A stretch of DNA of 40,207 bases. It comes from an uncultured Candidatus Saccharibacteria bacterium (GTDB taxonomy: Bacteria > Patescibacteriota > Saccharimonadia > Saccharimonadales > JAUPVS01). The stretch lies in contig CAYPFM010000002.1 in NCBI GenBank assembly GCA_964410185.1, forward strand, positions 200,047 to 240,253, written 5' to 3'. Each line of letters starts with the position of its first letter. Position 1 is the first letter of the stretch. The notes under the pieces are model-generated. The model saw only the letters and a program-made list of their open reading frames with translations. It was not told the DNA's origin and made no database searches. This document shows, piece after piece, positions 31,680 to 39,648 of this stretch. The translations under genes and the position numbers were made by a program.

Positions 31680-32675
31680 ATGAGTAACAACTCAGATTCA
31701 CTACTTTCTATTGTTGTGCCGGTCTATAACGAAGCGGCTGGCTTAGTGGACTTTCAGGACAGTCTTCTGCAAGCGATAACGACTGCGCAGGTGGCCGATT
31801 ACGAAGTTATTTATGTCAATGATGGCAGTACCGATCAGACTACGGAAGTTGTTGCTCAGTTATGCGGTGAAGATGCAAAAACTCGCCTGATTAGTTTGTC
31901 TCGTAACTTTGGTAAGGAAAATGCCCTCTCTGCCGGCCTGGCCGAGGCCAAGGGCGACGCCATCATCACTATTGACGGTGATGGCCAGCACCCACCCGAA
32001 CTGATTCCTGACTTTGTAGAAGCTTGGCGCAATGGCGCCCAGGTGGTGGTTGGCGTGAGGGATGGCAGCGGCTCGGTATCGACCTGGAAGAATTTTCAAT
32101 CACGGATATTTTACAAAATTTTCAATCGCCTATCGGAACAAAAACTTATTCCTGGTTCAACCGACTTTCGTTTAATTGATAAGTGCGTACAGACGGCCTT
32201 TTTGCAATTAACTGAAACCGACCGAATTACCCGTGGCTTAATTGATTGGTTGGGTTTTAAACGACAGATTATTGTCTTTCGGCCGCAACCACGCCAACAC
32301 GGACAGGCCGCCTACAGCCAACGTAAACTTATGATTCTTGCGGTTAACAGCTTTGTTTCACTGACCCGTACGCCCCTATACCTTTTCGGCTATCTAGGGC
32401 TGATAATTACGACACTGTCTTTTGTGCTCGGAGTAACTGTTTTCTTCGAGCAGCTCATTTTGAATGATCCGCTCAACTGGGGCTTCACCGGTACAGCAAT
32501 GTTGGGCATATTGATTCTGTTCTTGGTTGGTATCATTTTACTTTCTCAGGGTATCTTGTCACTCTATATTTCCCTGTTGCATAATCAGAGTAAACAGCGC
32601 CCACTCTACGTCATTGATTACAAAGCCTCGGTAGGCATTAAACAAACTCCACATGGCCACAAGCAAAAAGACTAA
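31680..32675 (+). CDS. GT2 polyprenyl-phosphate glycosyltransferase (GtrB/CsbB/ArnC-like) with two C-terminal TM helices
   Basis: Motifs SIVVPVYNE, VNDGSTD, SRNFGKENA and TIDGDGQHPPE, followed by two C-terminal hydrophobic helices. Confidence 0.88.
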   Translation: MSNNSDSLLSIVVPVYNEAAGLVDFQDSLLQAITTAQVADYEVIYVNDGSTDQTTEVVAQLCGEDAKTRLISLSRNFGKENALSAGLAEAKGDAIITIDGDGQHPPELIPDFVEAWRNGAQVVVGVRDGSGSVSTWKNFQSRIFYKIFNRLSEQKLIPGSTDFRLIDKCVQTAFLQLTETDRITRGLIDWLGFKRQIIVFRPQPRQHGQAAYSQRKLMILAVNSFVSLTRTPLYLFGYLGLIITTLSFVLGVTVFFEQLILNDPLNWGFTGTAMLGILILFLVGIILLSQGILSLYISLLHNQSKQRPLYVIDYKASVGIKQTPHGHKQKD

Positions 32676-35367
32676 AGCAAACACCAAACCCAAGCCAACT
32701 GCTGCCAAAAAGCCGGTTTCAAAAAAACCAGCAGCCAAGCCGGTTAAAAAGACGCCTACTCAAGCCAAAAAGGTCCAGCCCAAAAAAAATCAATCCAAAA
32801 AAACTGTTGCCAAGACGCCTAAGTGGTATCTTTCGGTTAGGTTTAGTCGGGTGTATGCCGGTTGTTCGTTGGTCATACTGCTCCTGACCACAACGCTGTG
32901 GGCAACACTGAGCGCGCGTTTGCAGCAGAGTAATGCCGACCAGCTGGTTAATAGTTATCTTTTTGAGAATGCCAACACCTTTCATAAGTCGCTCCTCCCT
33001 GGTCAACACAGCTTTCTTCTGAAGTGGCCGGTTTTTTGGTTAATTCATGCGTTTGGTACCCACGGCGCGGCGCTAATTGGTTTCACGACGTTTGTTACGT
33101 TACTGTCGGTCGGTTTATTCGCCCTGCTTTTGTACGCCGTCGATAGACGCCCACTGGCATTTGGTACGCTCTGCCTGGCACTAGCATCAGTTCTGTTGGC
33201 TATCCCAGCGCAGCCATATGCTGGAGCGCTACTGCCGCTCAACATGGCAATGCTCGCCACCAGAAACATCGAGTACATCCTCTACATTGCTGGATTGCTG
33301 CTGGTTATCCGCTGGCATGAGGTTAAGAGTTTTGGCTTCTGGTTGGCTGTCCTTTGCTTTGGACTGGTTATGGCCAGCGATCAGTTGTTTTTGACGCTGA
33401 GTGCTGGTGGCGCGCTGTTGGCAATACTAACCTACGCATTTACGCGTCGCTGGAAGCTGACCCAGCTAACTGTAAAATGGCTTTTGGCGACTGTTTTTGG
33501 GGGCTTACTGGCTGGCGTGGTTATCTGGGCGATCGCGCACTATGGCGTGGCCGGCGTCTCCAGCTCTGCTTCGGTACTTTATGGTTTACAACGCAGTCCT
33601 CAAGGGCTGGCCTTGGGCTTGATTTACGCGGTTCTAGGTCTGGCCAGCAACTTTGGTGCCAACCCTGCATACGACGGGACCGTTCTACGTCAGGTTCCTC
33701 ATCTGTTAGCCAGTCGCCTATTCAACGTTGGTGGCTTCAGTTTTATCACCAACGCCACCGTGTTCTTGGTGGCCTTGTTTGCGGCTGTGAAACAAGTGCT
33801 CTTTAGCATACTTCCTCGGGGCAAACACACCTACCCAGAGGACTGGGTATCAAAGCTGACACTACTGTTGATGTGGACGACGCTGGCGGCGGTTGGGGCC
33901 TTTATTGTCACCGACCACTACTATGCTGTTGATGCTCGTTACCTGACCATCAGCCTATTTGCCTTGTTTGTGGCCCTGGCCGCTTACGCACGCCAAAAAG
34001 AATGGGCACCGCAGCGTATCTTTGCCGTTGGGGCGGTTTTGTTGGTAAGCATCGGGCTCGGTTGTCTCTTTGCCATCACGACCTACCAGCATCAAGCCAA
34101 GGCACTTAAAGAAACCAATGACCGTAACTCTTTAATCGCCCAGGCGCTCACCTACCATCCGGTTGACGTACTGGCTGGCGATTACTGGCGAGTCATCCCT
34201 ACCAAGCAAGCATCGAAGACCACGCTTAATGTACTACCGTTGGCAACGTGCTTGCAGCCAAGGGAAGTTCTGAGCAGCCAAGCCTGGCAACCAGACCTAC
34301 AAAAAACACGTTTTGCCTACCTACTTTCGCTTGATAAAAGCTTGACCGATTATCCGACCTGTACCTTGGATCAGGCCGTAACAGCATATGGTCGCCCGAA
34401 TGCCAGTGCTGTCATCGCTGGAACGCTAGAAAATCCCAAGGAAGTGCTGCTCTTTTATGACAAGGGTGCTCGCCAAAGTTCGCCGGCCATCAATGCTGCC
34501 GCCAAGCCGCCAGCCACCGTGGTGCCAATTGCCATTGACCAATTGCCGAATACAACTTGTACTGGTTTCTCGGTTATGAACATTGTCGCTCACGAAGATG
34601 ACGATTTGTTATTTATGAATCCAGACGTGTCACGCGACATCAGAGCTGGCCACTGTGTACGCACGGTCTATGTAACGGCCGGAGATGCCGGTAGCAACGA
34701 GTTCTACTGGTTGTCACGCGAGCAAGGCTCCGAAGCCGCCTATTCCAAGATGATCGGCGAAGAAAATGCCTTGTGGGTACAACGGGTTGTCAAGCTTGCC
34801 GACAAGGCTTATATCACCGTCGCAAACCCTAAGAACAACCCCCGCATCAGCCTGATTTTTATGCGTTTGCCGGATGGTAATATGCGCGGCCAGGGCTTTA
34901 GTAGTTCCAATCACGAAAGTCTCGAACAACTCAGTTATGGTCAGGTACCGAGTATCCGGACTGTTACCAACCAGTCCGACTATAGTGCCCATCAGCTGAC
35001 GAACGCCCTCACTACACTGATGCAAACCTATCAACCAAGCGAAATTCGCACCCAGGCAGATGTGGTCGGGCATGAGTTTCCTGACCACAGCGACCACCGG
35101 GCGGTCGGTCGCTTTACCGTCCTTGCCTACGAGCAGTACGAGCAAAGACAATTTGAAAATAAAGTCACTATTCCCTTCCGAAAGTATCTGGGCTACCCTG
35201 TTCGCGATCGCCAACAGAACGTGTTTGGGGAGGATCTGACACAAAAAGAAGCCGCATTCTTGGCGTATGCTGCTTTTGACGGCGGCGTCTGCCAGAATGC
35301 GGCTCAGTGTAATCGAACCTCTACGTACGACGGCTACCTAAAGCGTCAGTACGAATTTGGAAACTAG
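32653..35367 (+). CDS. fusion protein: Lys/Pro/Ala-rich N-terminal tail + ~13-14-TM GT-C-like membrane domain + C-terminal PIG-L/LmbE-family de-N-acetylase domain
   Basis: There are 20 Lys in the first 57 residues, then many hydrophobic helices up to about residue 500. PIG-L motifs are VAHEDDDLLFMNPD, VYVTAGDAG and HSDHRAVG. The start overlaps the GT2 gene by 23 nt. Confidence 0.8.
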   Translation: MATSKKTKANTKPKPTAAKKPVSKKPAAKPVKKTPTQAKKVQPKKNQSKKTVAKTPKWYLSVRFSRVYAGCSLVILLLTTTLWATLSARLQQSNADQLVNSYLFENANTFHKSLLPGQHSFLLKWPVFWLIHAFGTHGAALIGFTTFVTLLSVGLFALLLYAVDRRPLAFGTLCLALASVLLAIPAQPYAGALLPLNMAMLATRNIEYILYIAGLLLVIRWHEVKSFGFWLAVLCFGLVMASDQLFLTLSAGGALLAILTYAFTRRWKLTQLTVKWLLATVFGGLLAGVVIWAIAHYGVAGVSSSASVLYGLQRSPQGLALGLIYAVLGLASNFGANPAYDGTVLRQVPHLLASRLFNVGGFSFITNATVFLVALFAAVKQVLFSILPRGKHTYPEDWVSKLTLLLMWTTLAAVGAFIVTDHYYAVDARYLTISLFALFVALAAYARQKEWAPQRIFAVGAVLLVSIGLGCLFAITTYQHQAKALKETNDRNSLIAQALTYHPVDVLAGDYWRVIPTKQASKTTLNVLPLATCLQPREVLSSQAWQPDLQKTRFAYLLSLDKSLTDYPTCTLDQAVTAYGRPNASAVIAGTLENPKEVLLFYDKGARQSSPAINAAAKPPATVVPIAIDQLPNTTCTGFSVMNIVAHEDDDLLFMNPDVSRDIRAGHCVRTVYVTAGDAGSNEFYWLSREQGSEAAYSKMIGEENALWVQRVVKLADKAYITVANPKNNPRISLIFMRLPDGNMRGQGFSSSNHESLEQLSYGQVPSIRTVTNQSDYSAHQLTNALTTLMQTYQPSEIRTQADVVGHEFPDHSDHRAVGRFTVLAYEQYEQRQFENKVTIPFRKYLGYPVRDRQQNVFGEDLTQKEAAFLAYAAFDGGVCQNAAQCNRTSTYDGYLKRQYEFGN

Positions 35368-35630
35368 AGTCCGAGAATCTGCTTCTTCTTAGCATCAAAC
35401 TCTTCTTGAGTCAGGATGCCTTGATCTTTGAGTTGAGCTAGTTGTTGCAGCTCTTTGATTTGGTCTTCGTTCGACATTGCAGGTGCAGCTGCTACTGGCT
35501 CTGGGGCAGCTTCTTGTGGCTGCTCAGCCTGCCAGCGCTGTGCCTGTCGGCGACTGACATTATTTGATACAGCCGTAGCAGTACCGGCGATAACTGCTGT
35601 ACGGGCAACTCCTCGTAGTAATCCGGGCAT
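35364..35630 (-). CDS. SHOCT-domain protein
   Basis: C-terminal LKDQGILTQEEFDAKKKQILGL is a typical SHOCT motif. Confidence 0.75.
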   Translation of the reverse strand: MPGLLRGVARTAVIAGTATAVSNNVSRRQAQRWQAEQPQEAAPEPVAAAPAMSNEDQIKELQQLAQLKDQGILTQEEFDAKKKQILGL

Positions 35631-35631
35631 T

Positions 35632-36048
35632 TTAGGCCTCCTCTTGGTTAAGTTCTAGGTTAGCGTCGGGGTGAATGCGTCCCTCGGCAATCAAGACACC
35701 GTTGGCGTTGATGAGCGCTTCCTTGAGCGGCTTTGCCCAAAGATGTTCAATGGCCAGCAAACCAGCCGTGCAATTGTTCTCGATTAGGTCAGCAACTTCG
35801 TCAGTATCCTCGCTGTTGATCAAATCGTTGCTTGGCTTGTAGGTTTGAGTGAATTCGGTCAGGTATTCATCACCAAGTTCCGCAATGTCTAAAGTGCTGA
35901 CGGTGCCTTCGGCGTCTTTGCTGACAACCGCTAAGGCGACGAGGCTAATAATCTTTTTATCAATCGCGTCACTAAGTGCTTTTAGAATACTGCCATCAAA
36001 TTTATTGCCTTCGAAGCCGACGACAATGTAGTCTATTGGTCCCCTCAT
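35632..36048 (-). CDS. hypothetical protein, DUF6325-like (recalled family; usual partner of SHOCT proteins)
   Basis: N-terminus GPIDYIVVGFEGNKFDGSILKAL resembles that family from memory. It lies 1 nt upstream of the SHOCT gene. Confidence 0.55.
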   Translation of the reverse strand: MRGPIDYIVVGFEGNKFDGSILKALSDAIDKKIISLVALAVVSKDAEGTVSTLDIAELGDEYLTEFTQTYKPSNDLINSEDTDEVADLIENNCTAGLLAIEHLWAKPLKEALINANGVLIAEGRIHPDANLELNQEEA

Positions 36049-36101
36049 GTTTCCTCCTTATGTTTAGTGCCTTTAAATTGTAGCATGCCATAGGCGCCAG
36101 T

Positions 36102-36130
36102 TTGCATAAAATATACAGTTGTGAGATAGT
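36102..36130 (+). promoter_or_regulatory. candidate promoter TTGCAT-N17-GATAGT (TGa-extended) shortly upstream of ATG 36141
   Basis: TTGCAT at 36102-36107 and TGaGATAGT at 36122-36130. No SD before 36141. Confidence 0.35.
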
Positions 36131-36140
36131 ATTCTTGAAT

Positions 36141-36668
36141 ATGGCTGATTCTGAATTTGAACCCCTGTTAGAGCGCAACACCGCTAAATATCGTGAAAAA
36201 CTGTTGGCCGACCAAGTTATGCCAACGGCTGTCATCTGTATTCGATCGGCCGAGACTGGCGATGTATATTCGGTTACCACTGGCAATCGCCCCTCGGGCT
36301 TTCCAACTACAGAGCTCGCCAGCATGCAGCGAGAACAGCCGGTCGCATCATTTGTCGCGTACCGACTGAGGAAGCGCTTTGGATTGCACATTCCGCGTAG
36401 TCAGGTCCACGAAATCCCGTACGCTAGTAAGCCAGGACCGTATATCGAGGATCTTGGTAACAGTTGGTTCCCTTACGCGCACCATCGCCAATACTTTCCA
36501 TTCTTGGCGACTGTCGAAGAAGCGCCAACCTCAGGTCTTTTAGTGCCACTTTCGCCAGAACAGGCGCCGCACAACGTCGTTTCTCCCGGCGGAACTGAGG
36601 CAATTCAGCACTTTGCGCGCGTGCATGCCGAAATTCTGGAACGCTTCGTCGGCGTCGAGACAGTCTAG
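36141..36668 (+). CDS. hypothetical 175-aa protein
   Basis: ORF-track ORF 36102-36668. ATG 36141 is preferred because the TTG at 36102 coincides with a -35-like box. No motif recognised. Confidence 0.55.
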   Translation: MADSEFEPLLERNTAKYREKLLADQVMPTAVICIRSAETGDVYSVTTGNRPSGFPTTELASMQREQPVASFVAYRLRKRFGLHIPRSQVHEIPYASKPGPYIEDLGNSWFPYAHHRQYFPFLATVEEAPTSGLLVPLSPEQAPHNVVSPGGTEAIQHFARVHAEILERFVGVETV

Positions 36669-37057
36669 GCTTTGTCGGCTTCGGCTTCGTCGAGGGCTTT
36701 TTGCAGCTCCTCTTCGTGGGCTACCATCTTGGCGGTAATGTAGGCAATCAACGAGTGCAAAGCAGCTGCCATGATGAGGTACATGATGATCGCAAAGAGT
36801 GCTGAGGAGCTAAAGTAGCCGGTCTCACCGACTGGATGGGTTGGGAAGATGCCACGGAAGGGCTGTCCGAACTCAGCGGCGGTCTTGTAGATAAACTGTA
36901 CGAATGGCGTGGCTTGGTTGGCGCCAAAGAGCAGCAGCACAAAGGCAATACCTAAAAAGGTGCTGGCGACCAATGCATAGCCGTACACAAAGTAGGTAAT
37001 GCCACGAGAAATCTTGATAAATACTAGGGTTGAGTCGGACGGCTGGTTCTTTTTCAT
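36665..37057 (-). CDS. small membrane protein, possibly YggT-like
   Basis: There are 2-3 TM helices. The segment PFVQFIYKTAAEFGQPFRGIFP loosely resembles the YggT pattern. Acidic helical C-terminus. Confidence 0.5.
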   Translation of the reverse strand: MKKNQPSDSTLVFIKISRGITYFVYGYALVASTFLGIAFVLLLFGANQATPFVQFIYKTAAEFGQPFRGIFPTHPVGETGYFSSSALFAIIMYLIMAAALHSLIAYITAKMVAHEEELQKALDEAEADKA

Positions 37058-37096
37058 ACAAATCCTTTTACGATTACTATTTGGTTCTATTCTACT

Positions 37097-37813
37097 TTAT
37101 TGGGCCACACCTTGTAAAAAGGCTTTTCGCTCAGCCTGTGGGTAGTGTTCGATGGCATAGCGCAAGGTGGTTCGTGGTAGCTGCTGGTACTGATTGTCAC
37201 GCAAAAGCCAATCGTGCAGTACATCTCTGCCGCAGCGTTTGCCAATTTCTCGCAGCATCCAGCCGACGGCCTTTTGAATCAGGTCGTGTTCATCATGTTT
37301 TAGGAACTCGATAACATAAAATGCCGGTTCAGGGTCACCTTGTTGGATGGTGTAAAAACAAGCTAACATGGCGATACGGCGCTCCCAAAGATCGGCGGAC
37401 TTGGCGAGCTTTGCAAGCGTGGCCGCATAGTTGGTGCCTAGCTGTGGGCCGACAATATAACCGGCTGACGAATCAACCAGGTCCCAGTTATTGATCCATT
37501 TTGTATTGGCTAAGTAAGTTTTGTAAATCTTGGCCTGTTCGGCTTGGGTGCCTCGCTTGTACTGCCCCACCATGATGATTAGCGCGGTTAGTCGGTACTC
37601 GTGCACCGCCGAATGGAGCAGCTTAACGATTTCGTCGAGTGGTAGCTGTTTATAGGCCCGTGCGACCTTTCGTAGCTGTGGGACGGTGATCCCAATAAAA
37701 TGGTCACCTTCTCCGTACTGGCCCTTACCAGTTTTAAAGAAGCGGGCCGAGTTCATTGCTCGTTCGGGGTCAGCTAGTGCCTCCAAATCATGGATTACAT
37801 CACGGTGTGTCAT
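37097..37813 (-). CDS. DNA alkylation repair protein (AlkD-like HEAT-repeat family)
   Basis: LEALADPERAMNSARFFKTGKGQYGEGDHFIGITVPQLRKVA is a typical family N-terminus. ATG 37813 is preferred over 37852. Confidence 0.8.
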   Translation of the reverse strand: MTHRDVIHDLEALADPERAMNSARFFKTGKGQYGEGDHFIGITVPQLRKVARAYKQLPLDEIVKLLHSAVHEYRLTALIIMVGQYKRGTQAEQAKIYKTYLANTKWINNWDLVDSSAGYIVGPQLGTNYAATLAKLAKSADLWERRIAMLACFYTIQQGDPEPAFYVIEFLKHDEHDLIQKAVGWMLREIGKRCGRDVLHDWLLRDNQYQQLPRTTLRYAIEHYPQAERKAFLQGVAQ

Positions 37814-37864
37814 GAAGCTTACTGTAGTACAAACTCTCGAATATCGCCACAACTAGCAATTGCT

Positions 37865-38536
37865 ATGAAATTGACAACAAGTACAGCAACTTTTATAGTA
37901 TTGGCCAAGGAGAACACTGACGTGGCAGGAGATAGAGACCGATACAACCGGGCACTCAGGCACTGGGATGATTTGCGCACCAGCGGAGAGCTAAGTCTCC
38001 CCGCAGAGAAAGGCGTGACAGCAATTGTCTGCGCCCTACCAAACAGCGACCGATATCGACACAATAAAGATACTCGCATTTTTCGTAAAGAAGCCTTTGC
38101 GATTGCTGACTTAATTCGCAAGGAAGGCGGCATGCCTGAAGTAGTCATTAATCCGACAAGCTGGGACATTCTGAAAGCCACAGAGGACCCCACCATTGCC
38201 AGCATTATTAGTATTGGACACGGCTCGCTCGGAGAGCTTGAGATTGGTGACGAAGTTTGGAGCTGGGAACAGGTTGCTCATGACACCGACCACCTAAAAC
38301 AAGGTGTTTTTGAGCAACGGCAGTGCGGCGGAACAAGCTGCGACCTCAATGTGCCACTGGGAACATTTATGGTTGATAATCACCAAAACGTTCTTGCAGC
38401 TGTTAATGTTAAATTTGCGCCAAGCGGCCTCCAACATCCGGCTAACGACCACATTCGTCCAGTTTTTGATGAGCCTCGTGTCACCTATGATCAGGTTAAG
38501 GCGCAGCTGCCTAAGACCGAAGGGTTCAGCGCCTAA
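37865..38536 (+). CDS. hypothetical 223-aa protein with caspase-like (clan CD) His-Gly ... Cys arrangement
   Basis: ATG 37865 is preferred over 37790. IASIISIGHG (His119, nt 38219-38221) and VFEQRQCGG (Cys154, nt 38324-38326) each follow a hydrophobic strand. Confidence 0.5.
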   Translation: MKLTTSTATFIVLAKENTDVAGDRDRYNRALRHWDDLRTSGELSLPAEKGVTAIVCALPNSDRYRHNKDTRIFRKEAFAIADLIRKEGGMPEVVINPTSWDILKATEDPTIASIISIGHGSLGELEIGDEVWSWEQVAHDTDHLKQGVFEQRQCGGTSCDLNVPLGTFMVDNHQNVLAAVNVKFAPSGLQHPANDHIRPVFDEPRVTYDQVKAQLPKTEGFSA

Positions 38537-38543
38537 TACGACG

Positions 38544-39569
38544 CTAGTTGTGCGTGACGCTAAAACTGCTGCCACCGCCACTGAGCGATGAGGTTGTGAC
38601 CAGGGCTTGGCCAGCATTATTTACCAAGGTAATTGGTACGGCCAGACTGTTTAATATGTTACGACTGACGCCAGATGAGGTGGTCATACCATTCGTGAAC
38701 GTGGCTGTGCCAAAATTATCGAGCGGCACCAGCTGATCCTGAGCATTACTTGGGTCTTCCTGAATCCACTCGGCCGAAGAGCGCGAAGAAGCGTAGGCGA
38801 AGGTCTGCGTAAACGATTGTCCGTTGGTATTGTTGGTTAAGCTGATGGTCCACTGCCCTGGTGAGACTTCGCTGACTGACGCTGACAAGCTATCGCCAGG
38901 CGCGACGCTAACCGTGCTGATTGTCTGTGCAAAGGCCGGCAGTAGTTCGTAAAACGCCCAGGTGGTTACTCTCCCACCGGCCGAGACGCTGTTCATAGTT
39001 CCAACTTGAATGAGGTCATTGCTACTGACGCCGCCAATGCCAATCCAGGTGGCGTCCGCGGAAGTCGATCGTCCATTACCACTAACTCGCGGGGCCGTCC
39101 ATGAGCCCGAGACGCTCGTAAAGGTTCCGACTGTCGACATCCAGCCAGCCCAGTTGGTTGAGGTATAGCTGCTGGTGGTTGCGGGTGGGTTGCTGGCTGT
39201 TTGGGTTGAGTCGCCACTACCTGGTGTTGTCGCCGCAGGAACCGGCGCAAGGCCATTGACACTGCTCTCGGGCGCGGGTGTAACAACTGGTACGGGCTTT
39301 GCGCTACTAACCGTTTTGGGGGTAGCGACTTTCTTGGGGGTTGGTGGTGTTGTCTGGGCGGGAGCTGGTGCCGGTGCTGGGGCGGGCGCCGCAGGACTCA
39401 CCGCCTTCCCTGCTGGAGGTAGATTTTGTGCTACATGGCCAGAAACAGCCACCTTTTGCGAACGTGGATGGTGCGCTGGCACTGCCAACTGAACCAGCAA
39501 GACGATAACTAACAAGCCCGCTCCAAAACGGAGCGCAGTCAGACCTCTATTTTTGATTTTTGTTTTCAT
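38544..39569 (-). CDS. membrane-anchored/secreted glutamic peptidase, family G1 (eqolisin) with Pro/Ala/Thr-rich linker
   Basis: N-terminal anchor LLVIVLLVQLAV. The linker contains an (AP)n run (nt about 39357-39395). G1 motifs are TNWAGW, ATWIGIGG, LIQVG (Gln188, nt 39006-39008), WAFYELLP, GDSL and AEWIQED (Glu267, nt 38769-38771). Confidence 0.8.
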   Translation of the reverse strand: MKTKIKNRGLTALRFGAGLLVIVLLVQLAVPAHHPRSQKVAVSGHVAQNLPPAGKAVSPAAPAPAPAPAPAQTTPPTPKKVATPKTVSSAKPVPVVTPAPESSVNGLAPVPAATTPGSGDSTQTASNPPATTSSYTSTNWAGWMSTVGTFTSVSGSWTAPRVSGNGRSTSADATWIGIGGVSSNDLIQVGTMNSVSAGGRVTTWAFYELLPAFAQTISTVSVAPGDSLSASVSEVSPGQWTISLTNNTNGQSFTQTFAYASSRSSAEWIQEDPSNAQDQLVPLDNFGTATFTNGMTTSSGVSRNILNSLAVPITLVNNAGQALVTTSSLSGGGSSFSVTHN

Positions 39570-39648
39570 TAGAACAGTACTATTTTAACAGATAGTTCAA
39601 GCATATTGCCAGTATGGACGGCAGAGGGATGAATTGTTCCCAGGAAGG

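Noticed and set aside
32721-32803. A7, A8 and A7 homopolymer tracts (32721-32727, 32782-32789, 32797-32803) as slipped-strand phase-variation switches for the envelope-modification gene.
   Set aside because: They simply encode the Lys-rich tail. Comparable A8/T8 runs occur inside the helicase gene (~8663-8670) and purL (17875-17882), so they are not specific to this gene. Read-level length heterogeneity could revisit this.
36102-36140. TTG at 36102 as the start of the 188-aa ORF.
   Set aside because: The TTG is part of a TTGCAT -35-like box with a -10-like element 17-19 nt downstream. ATG 36141 is the more plausible start.
37790-37864. N-terminal extensions that make the AlkD-like gene (start 37852) and the 248-aa ORF (start 37790) overlap head-to-head by 63 nt.
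   Set aside because: Internal ATGs at 37813 and 37865 remove the divergent overlap and the Cys/Ser/Thr-rich non-conserved extensions. The AlkD-family similarity begins after 37813.
39357-39395. 6-nt periodic GGNGCN repeat as a possible tandem-repeat or CRISPR-like element.
   Set aside because: It is the in-frame (Ala-Pro)n part of the peptidase linker. It is short and has no spacer architecture.
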